Shown piece after piece: positions 38,295-47,458 of a stretch of DNA of 64,000 nt. Below the pieces are notes generated by a model. That model worked only from the letters and a program-made list of their open reading frames with translations. It ran no database searches and had not been told where the DNA came from. The stretch lies in NCBI GenBank assembly GCA_004769085.1, contig DUDS01000028.1:3914-67913 (forward strand). Reading direction: 5' to 3'. Each line of letters opens with the position of its first letter. Position 1 is the first letter of the stretch. Position numbers and translations under genes: made by a program. This DNA comes from Candidatus Melainabacteria bacterium SSGW_16. GTDB taxonomy: Bacteria; Cyanobacteriota; Vampirovibrionia; 2-02-FULL-35-15.

Positions 38295-38399
38295 GCCGCC
38301 TTCCTCGCTCATTCTTCGCTTGTCAGGCTTTGCAATGTACATTTCTAGGGTACCCCTTGTTGCAGCATTCAGATTTTACCGAATGAATCGGATAAAATC
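38295..38399 (-). repeat. Family-1 structured intergenic repeat, copy D
   Basis: The reverse complement reads gattttatccgattcattcggtaaaatc-...-tacattgcaaagcctgacaagcgaagaatgagcgaggaaggcggc. Its 3' end lies 17 nt upstream of the yggT start. Confidence 0.75.
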
Positions 38400-38638
38400 T
38401 CCCTGTATAAATAGTCTAATTTGATATTTTGACTTAGGTAGGTAATAACAACCATCTCTTTATTTTAAGACAAAGTTAAGTTCTTATAAAGACTTTCAGC
38501 CGTAGAAGTATGCAATTGTACACCCTCTACGGCTGAAATTTAGATAAGCAGCATGCTTTTTATTATCTTCTTCTCTTTTTGGCTGCTTTTTTGCTTGATT
38601 TTTTCTTTGTTTTCTTTGCCATTATTTTCTCCTTTCCT

Positions 38639-38833
38639 TTAAATAAACTTTTTCTTAAGAATTGAAATTTCTTGCTGATCCAGACGAGGATTATTTAATT
38701 TATTTTGCTGAAATTTTAATCTGGCCAAAGTTTGTGATGTAAAAATTGAATTTGAAATTAGTCCAAAAGGCGCATCATGACTGCGTTTTTCAATTAAACT
38801 GATTTTATTCTTTATTTGTTGTCCTTTTGTCAT
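38639..38833 (-). CDS. hypothetical protein (64 aa)
   Basis: An ORF only, with no motif recognised. Confidence 0.35.
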   Translation of the reverse strand: MTKGQQIKNKISLIEKRSHDAPFGLISNSIFTSQTLARLKFQQNKLNNPRLDQQEISILKKKFI

Positions 38834-38985
38834 TTCTGATTTGTTTTGTGTGTTAATTTATTTACCGGTAATAGTTTTTTATTTCTAGTTACTTTATTGC
38901 CCAGTAATCTATACCACACCTTACTAGCAAAGTAACGTTTTTTTTGAAATTAGTCAATCACTACTTTAGAAAAATAACATCTTGA

Positions 38986-39711
38986 TCAATCAGTTGAGGG
39001 ATCAGTATTCGATTTTGTAAGTTTGTTTGTAACTGTTTCGATTGCATCTTTGAGGTTGACTGTACCTTTGTATAGTGATTTCCCCAGTATTACCCCGGAA
39101 ATATTCGGGCATTTTAGCTTTTTTAGACTAAGGATATTAGTAACATCATCAATGCTTGATATGCCACCAGAAACAATTATATTTGACGAAAAGGATGAAG
39201 CTACCACTTCTAGCCTTTTTAGATCCGGTCCGCTTAATGTGCCGTCTTTTGTTATGTCTGTGTAAACCATTTGCTTTATACCAGACATAGACTTCCTCAA
39301 CTCCTCAATATTCAAATCTGTGGTTTCTTTCCATCCTGAAAGGGCAATCTTATTATTTTTTAGATCAAGCCCTGCAATAATGTTATCCCGGTATTTGTTT
39401 ACTACTTCCTCTAGGAAAGGTTTATCCTTGAATATTCTTGTGCCAAGGATAATGAAATTAACCCCCTCTTTGAGATAGTTCTCAACAAGATCAATATTTC
39501 TTATACCCCCCCCAACCTGAATTCTTGTGTTTGGAAGTTTCTTTATAAGGTTGCATATTACTTTGAAGTTGACAGGGTAGCCCTCTTTTGCTCCATTGAG
39601 ATCAATAATATGTATTCTTTGTGCACCAAGATCAATCCATTTCTTACCAATTTCTTCTGGGTTTGATGAAAATTCCTCTACTTTTGAATAATCACCAAGA
39701 GTAAGCCGCAC
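38986..39711 (-). CDS. hisA: ProFAR isomerase HisA (start unresolved; conserved N-terminus lies upstream of the first canonical in-frame start)
   Basis: GA..IH.IDL.GA, VQVGGGIR and ..SGGIS motifs. The same frame stays open to 39765 and encodes ELIPAIDILDGKCV (the HisA catalytic-Asp strand) with no ATG/GTG/TTG. See the finding at 39709-39792. Confidence 0.85.
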   Translation of the reverse strand: MRLTLGDYSKVEEFSSNPEEIGKKWIDLGAQRIHIIDLNGAKEGYPVNFKVICNLIKKLPNTRIQVGGGIRNIDLVENYLKEGVNFIILGTRIFKDKPFLEEVVNKYRDNIIAGLDLKNNKIALSGWKETTDLNIEELRKSMSGIKQMVYTDITKDGTLSGPDLKRLEVVASSFSSNIIVSGGISSIDDVTNILSLKKLKCPNISGVILGKSLYKGTVNLKDAIETVTNKLTKSNTDPSTD

Positions 39712-39757
39712 ACATTTTCCGTCAAGTATGTCTATTGCTGGTATTAACTCAAAAGTC

Positions 39758-39789
39758 GTAATTACTCACCGCCTTCCTCAGTAATTGCC
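39758..39789 (-). repeat. Family-1 repeat, truncated copy G (3' end only)
   Basis: The minus strand reads ggcaattactgaggaaggcggtgagtaattac and shares ggcggtgagtaattac with copy C. It abuts the hisA 5' end. Confidence 0.5.
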
Positions 39790-39803
39790 AAAAGTCATCT
39801 TGT

Positions 39804-40580
39804 TCATTTTTTTAATAATATTTCCCTGTCAGCCTGTATCTGAGGGTAAATATGCTCAAACTTGCAATCTTCATTGATCTCATTAAAAGTTATAACATTT
39901 AATCTCACATCTTTTGTCCAGTTAAGCAGAGATTCATATTTTGCAATTGGATCAAAAGCATCGGTAAGTATATCAAGATTGTTAATGAAAAAGGAATCAG
40001 GTTTTGTATTTAAGAAATAAAATATTCCCTTTAATCTTTTTATGTTTCTTGTAGAAATAATTTTTGACAGATTGTACTTTAATGATTTGAAACAATCTTC
40101 TTTAGTGCTTTGATCAGCAGATGTTAGTAGAACAGCACTAATACAAGGAGCTTTCGGATCAATAAAAAAATCAACAGTAAAAATTCCTAAAGGCATTTTT
40201 TTAATTAAACCCTTTTGTAATTTGTAAATATTGCAATGGGTTATATTCCCAAGAGTTTTCCATAAAACTAACTGTCTGTTATAAAGTCCTGATTGGTGCA
40301 TATAAAGGAAAAAATCTTTGAGTATATATTGGATTGTTCTGAGCAATATGCCTGGAGTCAATCCTTCCTTCTCTTCTGTGAAGATTAAATTTTCAATTCC
40401 TTCTCTAATCTGACTTGTGTTAAAGGATCTTGGTGACTGGGTAATCTTTTCTGTTGTAAGGCCAAATGGCTTTTTCTGAGAGATTTTAATTTTATTTATT
40501 TCTTCTCTTGAAATAAGGAAATTGTCAAACATATAATTTAGGTTAGCAGATACAAAAAAATCATAATAGATTACATGCAA
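39804..40580 (-). CDS. hypothetical protein (258 aa; start may be Met17)
   Basis: Long clean ORF with no motif recognised. Confidence 0.55.
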   Translation of the reverse strand: MHVIYYDFFVSANLNYMFDNFLISREEINKIKISQKKPFGLTTEKITQSPRSFNTSQIREGIENLIFTEEKEGLTPGILLRTIQYILKDFFLYMHQSGLYNRQLVLWKTLGNITHCNIYKLQKGLIKKMPLGIFTVDFFIDPKAPCISAVLLTSADQSTKEDCFKSLKYNLSKIISTRNIKRLKGIFYFLNTKPDSFFINNLDILTDAFDPIAKYESLLNWTKDVRLNVITFNEINEDCKFEHIYPQIQADREILLKK

Positions 40581-40708
40581 ATCCGGGTTTAAAGAACGTG
40601 TTATCTAAACGGTGTTATCATGTTATTGAGCCGTTAATATTACAAAATAATATGAGCTACTGCTTACCTAACTGCTGTAATTTTATAGTTAACTCACTTG
40701 TAATGAAA

Positions 40709-40812
40709 GGTTTTGGTCCGCCCAAGGCGGAGCAAAACCTGTAGAATGTTAGGAATCAGACCGTAAGTACTTTGCAAAGCCCGACAAGCGAAGAATGAGC
40801 AAGGAGGGCGGT
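40709..40812 (+). repeat. Family-1 structured intergenic repeat, copy B
   Basis: ggttttggtccgcccaaggcggagcaaaacc-tgtagaatgtta-...-tactttgcaaagcccgacaagcgaagaatgagcaaggagggcggt. It ends 13 nt before the tmk-like ATG. Confidence 0.75.
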
Positions 40813-40825
40813 AGGTAGAAACAAC

Positions 40826-41509
40826 ATGACCAAACTTGATTTTTACGGATTACATTCTTATAAGCTGGGGAAGGATACCTATCCGGGAAAACTTATTGTA
40901 ATTGAAGGAACTGATGGGGTTGGAAGATCTACTCAGGCTGAGATGTTAAGGTCATATCTTGAAAGCCAGGGATATGCAGTAGTTGATACCGGAGCTGCCA
41001 GATCAGAACTTGCAGGTAAAGGTATAAAAAGAGCAAAAGAAGGCCATACACTTGGTGCAATTACTTTAAGTTTGTTTTATGCAACTGATTTTGCTGACAG
41101 ATTTGAAAAACAGATACTTCCTTCTTTAAAGTCAGGATTTATTGTTTTAAATGACAGATATATATATTCTTTAATTGCAAGAGCTATAGTTCGTGGAGTT
41201 GATCCTGTGTGGCTGAAGGAGATGTATGGACTAGCTATTAAACCTGACATGGTGTTTTATCTGAAAATTTCTGTTAGAGATTTAATTCCTCGTGTACTTG
41301 CATCAAAAGGGTTTAACCACTGGGAATCGGGGATGGATTTCCGTTTTGGGAATGATTTATATGAAAGTTTTGTAAACTATCAGACAAAATTAATTGAAAA
41401 ACTTGATGAAATGGCAAAAGAATATGGATTTGTGGAGATTGATGCTACAAAAGAGCCTCAGGATGTGTTTTTGGATATAAAAAATAGAATTACAGAAATT
41501 TTAGTTTAG
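40826..41509 (+). CDS. thymidylate kinase-family protein with atypical P-loop
   Basis: LIVIEGTDGVGRSTQ (P-loop with Arg where dTMP kinases normally have Lys), DRYIYS and a lid-like region. Length is 227 aa. Confidence 0.65.
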   Translation: MTKLDFYGLHSYKLGKDTYPGKLIVIEGTDGVGRSTQAEMLRSYLESQGYAVVDTGAARSELAGKGIKRAKEGHTLGAITLSLFYATDFADRFEKQILPSLKSGFIVLNDRYIYSLIARAIVRGVDPVWLKEMYGLAIKPDMVFYLKISVRDLIPRVLASKGFNHWESGMDFRFGNDLYESFVNYQTKLIEKLDEMAKEYGFVEIDATKEPQDVFLDIKNRITEILV

Positions 41510-41516
41510 GGAGGAT

Positions 41517-41588
41517 GCCGATGTAGCTCAGTGGTAGAGCAGCTGTTTCGTAAACAGCAGGCCGTGGGTCCGACTCCCACCATCGGCT
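41517..41588 (+). tRNA. tRNA-Thr (anticodon CGT)
   Basis: Hand fold: acceptor GCCGATG/CATCGGC, D arm GCTC-AGTGGTA-GAGC, anticodon arm GCTGT-TTCGTAA-ACAGC, variable AGGCC, T arm GTGGG-TCCGACT-CCCAC, discriminator T. No encoded CCA. Confidence 0.85.
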
Positions 41589-41597
41589 TTTTTTATA

Positions 41598-41671
41598 CCG
41601 CTCGTTTCGCACGAATGCTCAACTCGCTTTTCAGTCACGGCGCTTCTTGGTGAGTGAATCACACAAGAAGC
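41598..41671. repeat. Family-2 repeat, copy 1
   Basis: The core ccgctcgtttcgcacgaatgctcaactcgctt is followed by the hairpin gcttcttggtgagtgaatcacacaagaagc. Confidence 0.65.
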
Positions 41672-41723
41672 TTGTATGTTAGAACTCCACTGACAACTAA
41701 TATAATAAAATTTGATTATAATA

Positions 41724-41796
41724 TCGCTCGTTTCGCACGAATGCTCAACTCGCTTGTAGATATTAGGCGCATTTGCCGAGTGAATCGGACAAATGC
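41724..41796. repeat. Family-2 repeat, copy 2
   Basis: The core tcgctcgtttcgcacgaatgctcaactcgctt (identical to copy 1) is followed by the hairpin gcatttgccgagtgaatcggacaaatgc. Confidence 0.65.
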
Positions 41797-41820
41797 TTAT
41801 TCCCTTTGTAAAATTAAATC

Positions 41821-43407
41821 ATGCTTACACGGAGACAATTTAATAAATTATTGCTTGCGTCGATTTTATTACCATCTTATGGATGCACTTTTCGTAGAAA
41901 TATAAAATATATTCCAAAGACTTTAAGACTAAATCTAGGATATGAGCCGGATAGCCTTGACTGGGCAAGAGCGACAGATTCATATTCGTTTGATGTAATT
42001 GCAAACATAATGAGCGGGCTTACTAAATATAATAATGATCTCCGTTCAGTACCTTCCCTGGCTCAAAACTGGAAAATTTCACCTGATGGGAAGATCTATA
42101 CTTTTTTTCTTGATAAAAATGCTAAATGGTCAGATGGAGTGCCTGTTCTTGCCAGAGATTTTGAATATGGCTGGGAGAGAATTCTAAACCCGCTTACAGC
42201 CGGACCTTATGCATATTTGCTTTACCCGGTTAAAAATGCTCAGAAATACAACAGTGGATTGATTACTGACCCAAACCAGCTTGGCGTTCGGACATTAAGT
42301 GACTCAGTCCTTCAGGTTGAGCTTGAAAAGCCGCTGTCATTTTTTTTAAATCTTACTTCCTGGTGTGTATTTTTCCCTCAACGGAAAGATATTATTCAAA
42401 AATATGGTGATGACTGGACAGAACCAGGGAAACTTGTGTCATGTGGTCCATTTAAACTTGATAAGTGGCAGCATGAATATAAAATTACGCTTATAAAGAA
42501 TGATCATTATAAAAATCCTGAGCCTGCACTTGAAAAAATAAAATATTATATAGTCTCTGAACAATCAAGCGCATTTTCCCTTTACCTGAATGATGAACTT
42601 GATTTTATTGACTCAAGATCAATACCTGTAAGTGAGATTGAAACAGTAAAGAGAAAAAAAGAAACAGTAATTCATCCCTTATTGAGAGGTACTTACATTG
42701 GGTTTAATGTTGAAAAGCCTCCATTTAATAACAGACTTGTAAGGGCAGCATTCAGTTCTTCAATTGACAAAAATGTTTTTCCAAAGATTTTGGGGAGAAG
42801 TGAAATTCCATCAAGCACATGGATTCCTCCAGGATTGACGGATTTTTACTCTCCTGACATTGGAATCTCCTATAATATTGAAAATGCAAGGAAACTGCTT
42901 GCTGATGCAGGTTATCCTGATGGCAGAAATTTCCCTAAGGTGAGTTTGTATTTTCCTACCAGAGAAGATGCAAAACTTCTTTCAGAAGCAGTACAATCTC
43001 ACTGGAAAAAAGCATTGAATATTGAAGTGGAGGTTGTTAATCTGGAGTGGAAAGTTTTTCTGGATACTCTTCATAAAGATCCCCCGCACTTGTTCAGGCT
43101 TAGCTGGGGTGCAGACTATCCTGACCCCGATACATTCATGACCCTTTTTACAAGCGATTCAGGGAATAATCATGGTAGATGGAAAAGTAAATCATATGAT
43201 GAAATTGTTAATGTGGCTGCTTCAGAAATGAATCTTGGCAGGAGAAAATCACTTTATAGAAAGGCACAAAAGATTCTTCTTGAAGAAGAGGTAGGAATTG
43301 CGCCTCTATTTTTTAACACACAGATTCTGCTTAATAAGCCATGGGTTAAAAACTTTGAATTCAACTCGATGGATTTAGTGTTTTGTGAAAAGATAATAGT
43401 TACCTAG
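41821..43407 (+). CDS. ABC transporter substrate-binding protein, family 5 (oligo/dipeptide-binding type)
   Basis: Lipoprotein-like N-terminus (LLLASILLPSYGC), then SLDWA..TDS, W.DG.P..A.DF and GWGADYPDP-type (SWGADYPDPDTF) motifs. No permease or ATPase genes are adjacent. Confidence 0.85.
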   Translation: MLTRRQFNKLLLASILLPSYGCTFRRNIKYIPKTLRLNLGYEPDSLDWARATDSYSFDVIANIMSGLTKYNNDLRSVPSLAQNWKISPDGKIYTFFLDKNAKWSDGVPVLARDFEYGWERILNPLTAGPYAYLLYPVKNAQKYNSGLITDPNQLGVRTLSDSVLQVELEKPLSFFLNLTSWCVFFPQRKDIIQKYGDDWTEPGKLVSCGPFKLDKWQHEYKITLIKNDHYKNPEPALEKIKYYIVSEQSSAFSLYLNDELDFIDSRSIPVSEIETVKRKKETVIHPLLRGTYIGFNVEKPPFNNRLVRAAFSSSIDKNVFPKILGRSEIPSSTWIPPGLTDFYSPDIGISYNIENARKLLADAGYPDGRNFPKVSLYFPTREDAKLLSEAVQSHWKKALNIEVEVVNLEWKVFLDTLHKDPPHLFRLSWGADYPDPDTFMTLFTSDSGNNHGRWKSKSYDEIVNVAASEMNLGRRKSLYRKAQKILLEEEVGIAPLFFNTQILLNKPWVKNFEFNSMDLVFCEKIIVT

Positions 43408-43706
43408 AAGGCCTGTTGTACCACCATAAGATCTTTTTTAAACCTGCTTGTGGAAAAGATTTTATATCCATTTGACATATGTATTTTGATAGTTAAGTTA
43501 TTTAACAGTAGAGATTTATTTAATTTGTTATTAGGCGAATTTCTTATTAAACAGGCTTAAAAGAGCCAAAATCCTGACTCATTAAATATAATTAATGTTC
43601 TTTTCATATTTATGTAGGATAGAAATCTCAACAATTTTTTTAGTTTTAAGCCTTTATACTTATTGAGCTTATGTGATAAGAATAGGTTAATAACCAGGGG
43701 TGTAAA

Positions 43707-44114
43707 GTGGCTGCTCAAACAAAAAGATATAACAATGAATCTGATGAATCTTTTAAGGAAAGACAGTTATCAAGCCTTTTTACAATAATCAGTAACAATT
43801 TACTTGTTGCTACTGAAGTACTCGGAGGTGGTTACAAAAATAACTCTGTTAAAGAACTTGAACAATTATCCAAACAAGCAAAGAATCTTTCAAAAGAACT
43901 TGTGTCAAGTTCTAATACCTCTCTTAAAGATGAAATCTCAGAAAGAATCTCAAACCTTAAACATAAAATGCTTGAGCTTATAACAGATTTAACAGATGAG
44001 CTTGGAAAACTTGATATCGGTAGAAAAACCGACAAACAAGCAATAGAAAATATAATACTTGCCAGAAGGCTTCTCAGGGAATCCCAGAGGGGACTTATTA
44101 CTATACAGGACTAA
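43707..44114 (+). CDS. hypothetical coiled-coil protein (135 aa, GTG start)
   Basis: An ORF only. Its stop overlaps the stop of the convergent gene. Confidence 0.45.
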   Translation: MAAQTKRYNNESDESFKERQLSSLFTIISNNLLVATEVLGGGYKNNSVKELEQLSKQAKNLSKELVSSSNTSLKDEISERISNLKHKMLELITDLTDELGKLDIGRKTDKQAIENIILARRLLRESQRGLITIQD

Positions 44115-47100
44115 TTCTCGTTAGCATCTTCGAATATAAGATTTTCAGGATTTGCTGTTGCCTGAAGTCTTCCATTAACAATTGGATCAGGGAAAACTAT
44201 TGCGCCAATATCTGAACCTTTCGGGGTAATTATATTAAATAATTTAATTCCAGGCTTCAGGTCTCCTTTTAATTCTGCTGTAATAATAATAGAGTTGTTT
44301 ATTAACCTAAACTTTTTAAGTTTAATACCTTCATCAGGAACGAAAGTGATATTTGTAAAAAATTGTGCTTTTGATACGAGCTTTTCAAGTTTTCCATCAA
44401 TAATGGCAGATCTTCCAATGAAATTTTTACCTTTTATTGTAAGTCTTAAAAGTGAACCAGCTTTTTTAACTATAGGAATTATTGGTTCAATGATCTGGGG
44501 TTTTCCAATATTGTTTGAACTTTTGCTGTTTTGTACACTGTTCTCAGGTTTAATTGATATAAGGATTGAGGCTATTGATTCATTTCCGCTTAGAATTGAT
44601 ATTTTTGCTTCTCCTTCAGATGCATCTGAAGGTACAGTGAATGTAGAAATAAGATTATTATTTGATGAGTCTTCAGATCTAAATGCAAAACCTACCACAA
44701 AAGCCCTTCCTGAGCTGTCTACAAGTAAAGCAACATTTTGATTAGAGTCGCTTTCTGGCGGGGCTAGATTTTCATCTTCAAAGTTAATATCTGTACCAAA
44801 TGAAAAACCTTTTGGCACTTCTGGTATTTCACCTTCCTGGATAGTTTCTGTGCCTTCCGGTATTTCAATTGTTGCTTCATTACCTTCAGGTATAGGTGGA
44901 GGATTTGATATTTCTACCGATGAGAATGAATTTATGTTAATTTCATCCCTGCCGACTGAAAGCTGGTTTATTATTTCTTGGCTCAGATCTTCTGTATCAT
45001 TTGGGAGTGTTAAAACCTCTTTTTCCTGTGGTGTTTCAGAATCCGTTTGATCACTACCCTGGTTACTGGGCTGCTGAATATTTTCCGGGGAATATCCAAC
45101 TTTAATACTGGTTTTAACACTATTATTAAATTCATTTGTTGCTTCAATTGTAATTAAATTTTGTCCTGGATTAAGTAGAGTTGTTGCTGAGTATTGATTG
45201 CCTGATGAGGGCAGAGTTACAGCACCGTTTACTAGCACTTCTTTTATTGGGGATTCATCTGTTACTGTAAAGCTGATATTTATACTGTTGGCTTTAAATA
45301 CACTTCCATTTGATGGTGAAAGAATGTTAATAACAGGAGAAGAATTGTTTCCTACAAGCGGGTTTGAAATTGATAACTGATTTTTATTGCCGGCTGAATC
45401 TGAAACGATTATTTTTATAGGCAGTGTAGAAGTAGTAGCAGAGAAGTTGACAATTTCATTCTTATCAAATGCAACCTGTTGTGAATTTATAAGAATAGAA
45501 GCAACATCAGAACCTGTACCATTAACTGTTCCGCTTACAGTAAATGTGTTATTTCCTGTGCTTTCTGCTGTAGCTGAGACAGAAGGAAGAACAGTATCAA
45601 TCTTTACCTTAACAATTTTCTCTGAAATATTAGCGGCATCATCGGTTGCAGTTATTACTATCTCTGATACACCGTCTGAATCAAACTCAGCATGGCTTAT
45701 GAAATTTGCAACGTTTTGCGATGAAATCCCTTCAAAGCCAAGCCTGGCATCTTTGCTGTTTACTTTAACACTTCTGACTTTTGACCCTGTGCCATCCACT
45801 TTACCCAATACTAGTACTCTCTTTGTATTTGTTATAGAAAAATCTCCTGGGGCAAAAAGTGTTATTGCAGGAGGAAATGTATCGCCTAGTAATGTACCTG
45901 ATACAAACTGAAAAATATCTTCATATCTGCTTGTTCTTGTGCTTTTATCACTTCCTGAAGAAATTAAAATGACATCTGCAAATCCTGCCTGCGGAAACCT
46001 CGGAATAATGCCGCTTATTTTCCTGCCGTCTTTTGAAACTGAAATGTTTGAAGCACAGAAATCGCTACTCCGGAAGCAAACCTTTGTGTTATTTAAACTG
46101 TTTGTAGTTGGATCAATAAAACCATCAATTACAAATGAGGAACCCCCACTTATAAAAGAAGCTGTAGGAGAAATATTCTTTAGTGTAGGACCAGGATCTA
46201 AATCTCTTATAAAACTTACTGATCCTTCATTTGTGTTTCTGGTAGCAGCAAAAAGTCCTGATGGTGATACCTGTAATGAGCTTTGGGTATTATCAGATGA
46301 AAGTGTAAGAGAAGATATTTTTGATAAATCCTTAAGATTAAGTATGAGTAGCTGTTTTAAATTGTCCTTTAGGAGAAGTATTAAAATCTTACTTTGATCC
46401 GGTGTGATTTTAGCGTCCAGAACAATGCTGTTATCAAGAAATTGTGTTGTTCCTGATAAATTAACTGAATTATCTCTGGCAACAGTCAGCTTATAAAGTT
46501 TAAAACCAGTTGTTATATCAAGAATATTTCCAACGACAACTGCTGTTTTACCATCTGGTGATATTGTGGTGAATGAAGGTCCCTCTATTGTTTTATCTAG
46601 GACTTTTGTTATAAACTTTTTGTTTTGAATGTCAAGCAGATGCAGAACATGATTTCCTCCTGCGGTGGAAATAACAGCTTTGTTTCCTGAAGCATTAAAC
46701 TGTACTCTGCTGGATAAGTCATCAAGTGAGAATGCCAGAGATTCATCTATGTCAAATTCTGTAACTGAATTATTCTGAATATCATAGAGTGAAACTGACT
46801 GTGCAAGTAAATCACCGTGAGTGATTAAAGCAAATTTAAAGTCAGGACTTACATGAACAGATCTTGCCAGGTCGAGAATTGGGGTACGGTTTAATATCTG
46901 ATCATTTTTTACATCAATTGTAACTATTTCGGGATTAACAGAATCTACTGTTCCTACAATTAAAGTTTCTCCATTTGCATCACCAAAACTTGAAACCCCA
47001 ACCTGGAGCTTTTCACTTGATATTGAATGAAGACTTTTTACAGAATTATCAATTAGATCAACAATTTGAAGGGTTGTTGAGTTTGCTTCAGAAGGTTCAT

Positions 47101-47458
47101 TGTAAACAACAGCTAAGTTATTGTTTTTATTTATTGAAACATTAAGTTGTCCTGTATTGCCTGTGCCAAGATTTATATTCTTAACATTGGCTGTAATTCC
47201 GCCTTGAACATCAAACCTTCTTAGAAATGATCCTGAGCTTTCATCAGAATCTGTTACAAGGAAAAAAGAATCATCATTTGAGATTGCAATATCAAGAGGT
47301 TTGTTAAAGCAGTTTTTGCCATTACATTTAAGAATATTTTCAGAAGTTTCTGCATAAGATGGGCATGAAATAACTATTAGAATAGTGGCTATGGCCAACA
47401 TTAAATCTATTCTTACGAGTTTTTCTTTAATAGTTTTCCAATATATAGTGTTATGCAT
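44111..47458 (-). CDS. large surface lipoprotein: beta-propeller plus IPT/TIG and Ig-like domains
   Basis: Start set at Met35 (cat 47456-47458), giving a basic n-region, a hydrophobic core and the lipobox VISC. About 8 propeller-like blades are followed by IPT-like segments (NISPTASFISGGSSFVIDG; RLTIKGKNF) and Ig-like repeats. Confidence 0.8.
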   Translation of the reverse strand: MHNTIYWKTIKEKLVRIDLMLAIATILIVISCPSYAETSENILKCNGKNCFNKPLDIAISNDDSFFLVTDSDESSGSFLRRFDVQGGITANVKNINLGTGNTGQLNVSINKNNNLAVVYNEPSEANSTTLQIVDLIDNSVKSLHSISSEKLQVGVSSFGDANGETLIVGTVDSVNPEIVTIDVKNDQILNRTPILDLARSVHVSPDFKFALITHGDLLAQSVSLYDIQNNSVTEFDIDESLAFSLDDLSSRVQFNASGNKAVISTAGGNHVLHLLDIQNKKFITKVLDKTIEGPSFTTISPDGKTAVVVGNILDITTGFKLYKLTVARDNSVNLSGTTQFLDNSIVLDAKITPDQSKILILLLKDNLKQLLILNLKDLSKISSLTLSSDNTQSSLQVSPSGLFAATRNTNEGSVSFIRDLDPGPTLKNISPTASFISGGSSFVIDGFIDPTTNSLNNTKVCFRSSDFCASNISVSKDGRKISGIIPRFPQAGFADVILISSGSDKSTRTSRYEDIFQFVSGTLLGDTFPPAITLFAPGDFSITNTKRVLVLGKVDGTGSKVRSVKVNSKDARLGFEGISSQNVANFISHAEFDSDGVSEIVITATDDAANISEKIVKVKIDTVLPSVSATAESTGNNTFTVSGTVNGTGSDVASILINSQQVAFDKNEIVNFSATTSTLPIKIIVSDSAGNKNQLSISNPLVGNNSSPVINILSPSNGSVFKANSINISFTVTDESPIKEVLVNGAVTLPSSGNQYSATTLLNPGQNLITIEATNEFNNSVKTSIKVGYSPENIQQPSNQGSDQTDSETPQEKEVLTLPNDTEDLSQEIINQLSVGRDEININSFSSVEISNPPPIPEGNEATIEIPEGTETIQEGEIPEVPKGFSFGTDINFEDENLAPPESDSNQNVALLVDSSGRAFVVGFAFRSEDSSNNNLISTFTVPSDASEGEAKISILSGNESIASILISIKPENSVQNSKSSNNIGKPQIIEPIIPIVKKAGSLLRLTIKGKNFIGRSAIIDGKLEKLVSKAQFFTNITFVPDEGIKLKKFRLINNSIIITAELKGDLKPGIKLFNIITPKGSDIGAIVFPDPIVNGRLQATANPENLIFEDANEN

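Noticed and set aside
41654-41905. 83-aa ORF between tRNA-Thr and the peptide-binding protein gene
   Set aside because: It reads through family-2 repeat copy 2 and overlaps the start of the better-supported 528-aa gene.
44295-46397. Series of plus-strand ORFs (148, 66, 60, 174, 152 aa) opposite the 1149-aa gene
   Set aside because: They are Ser/Phe/Leu-rich antisense translations without starts or SD context, all nested in the long minus-strand ORF.
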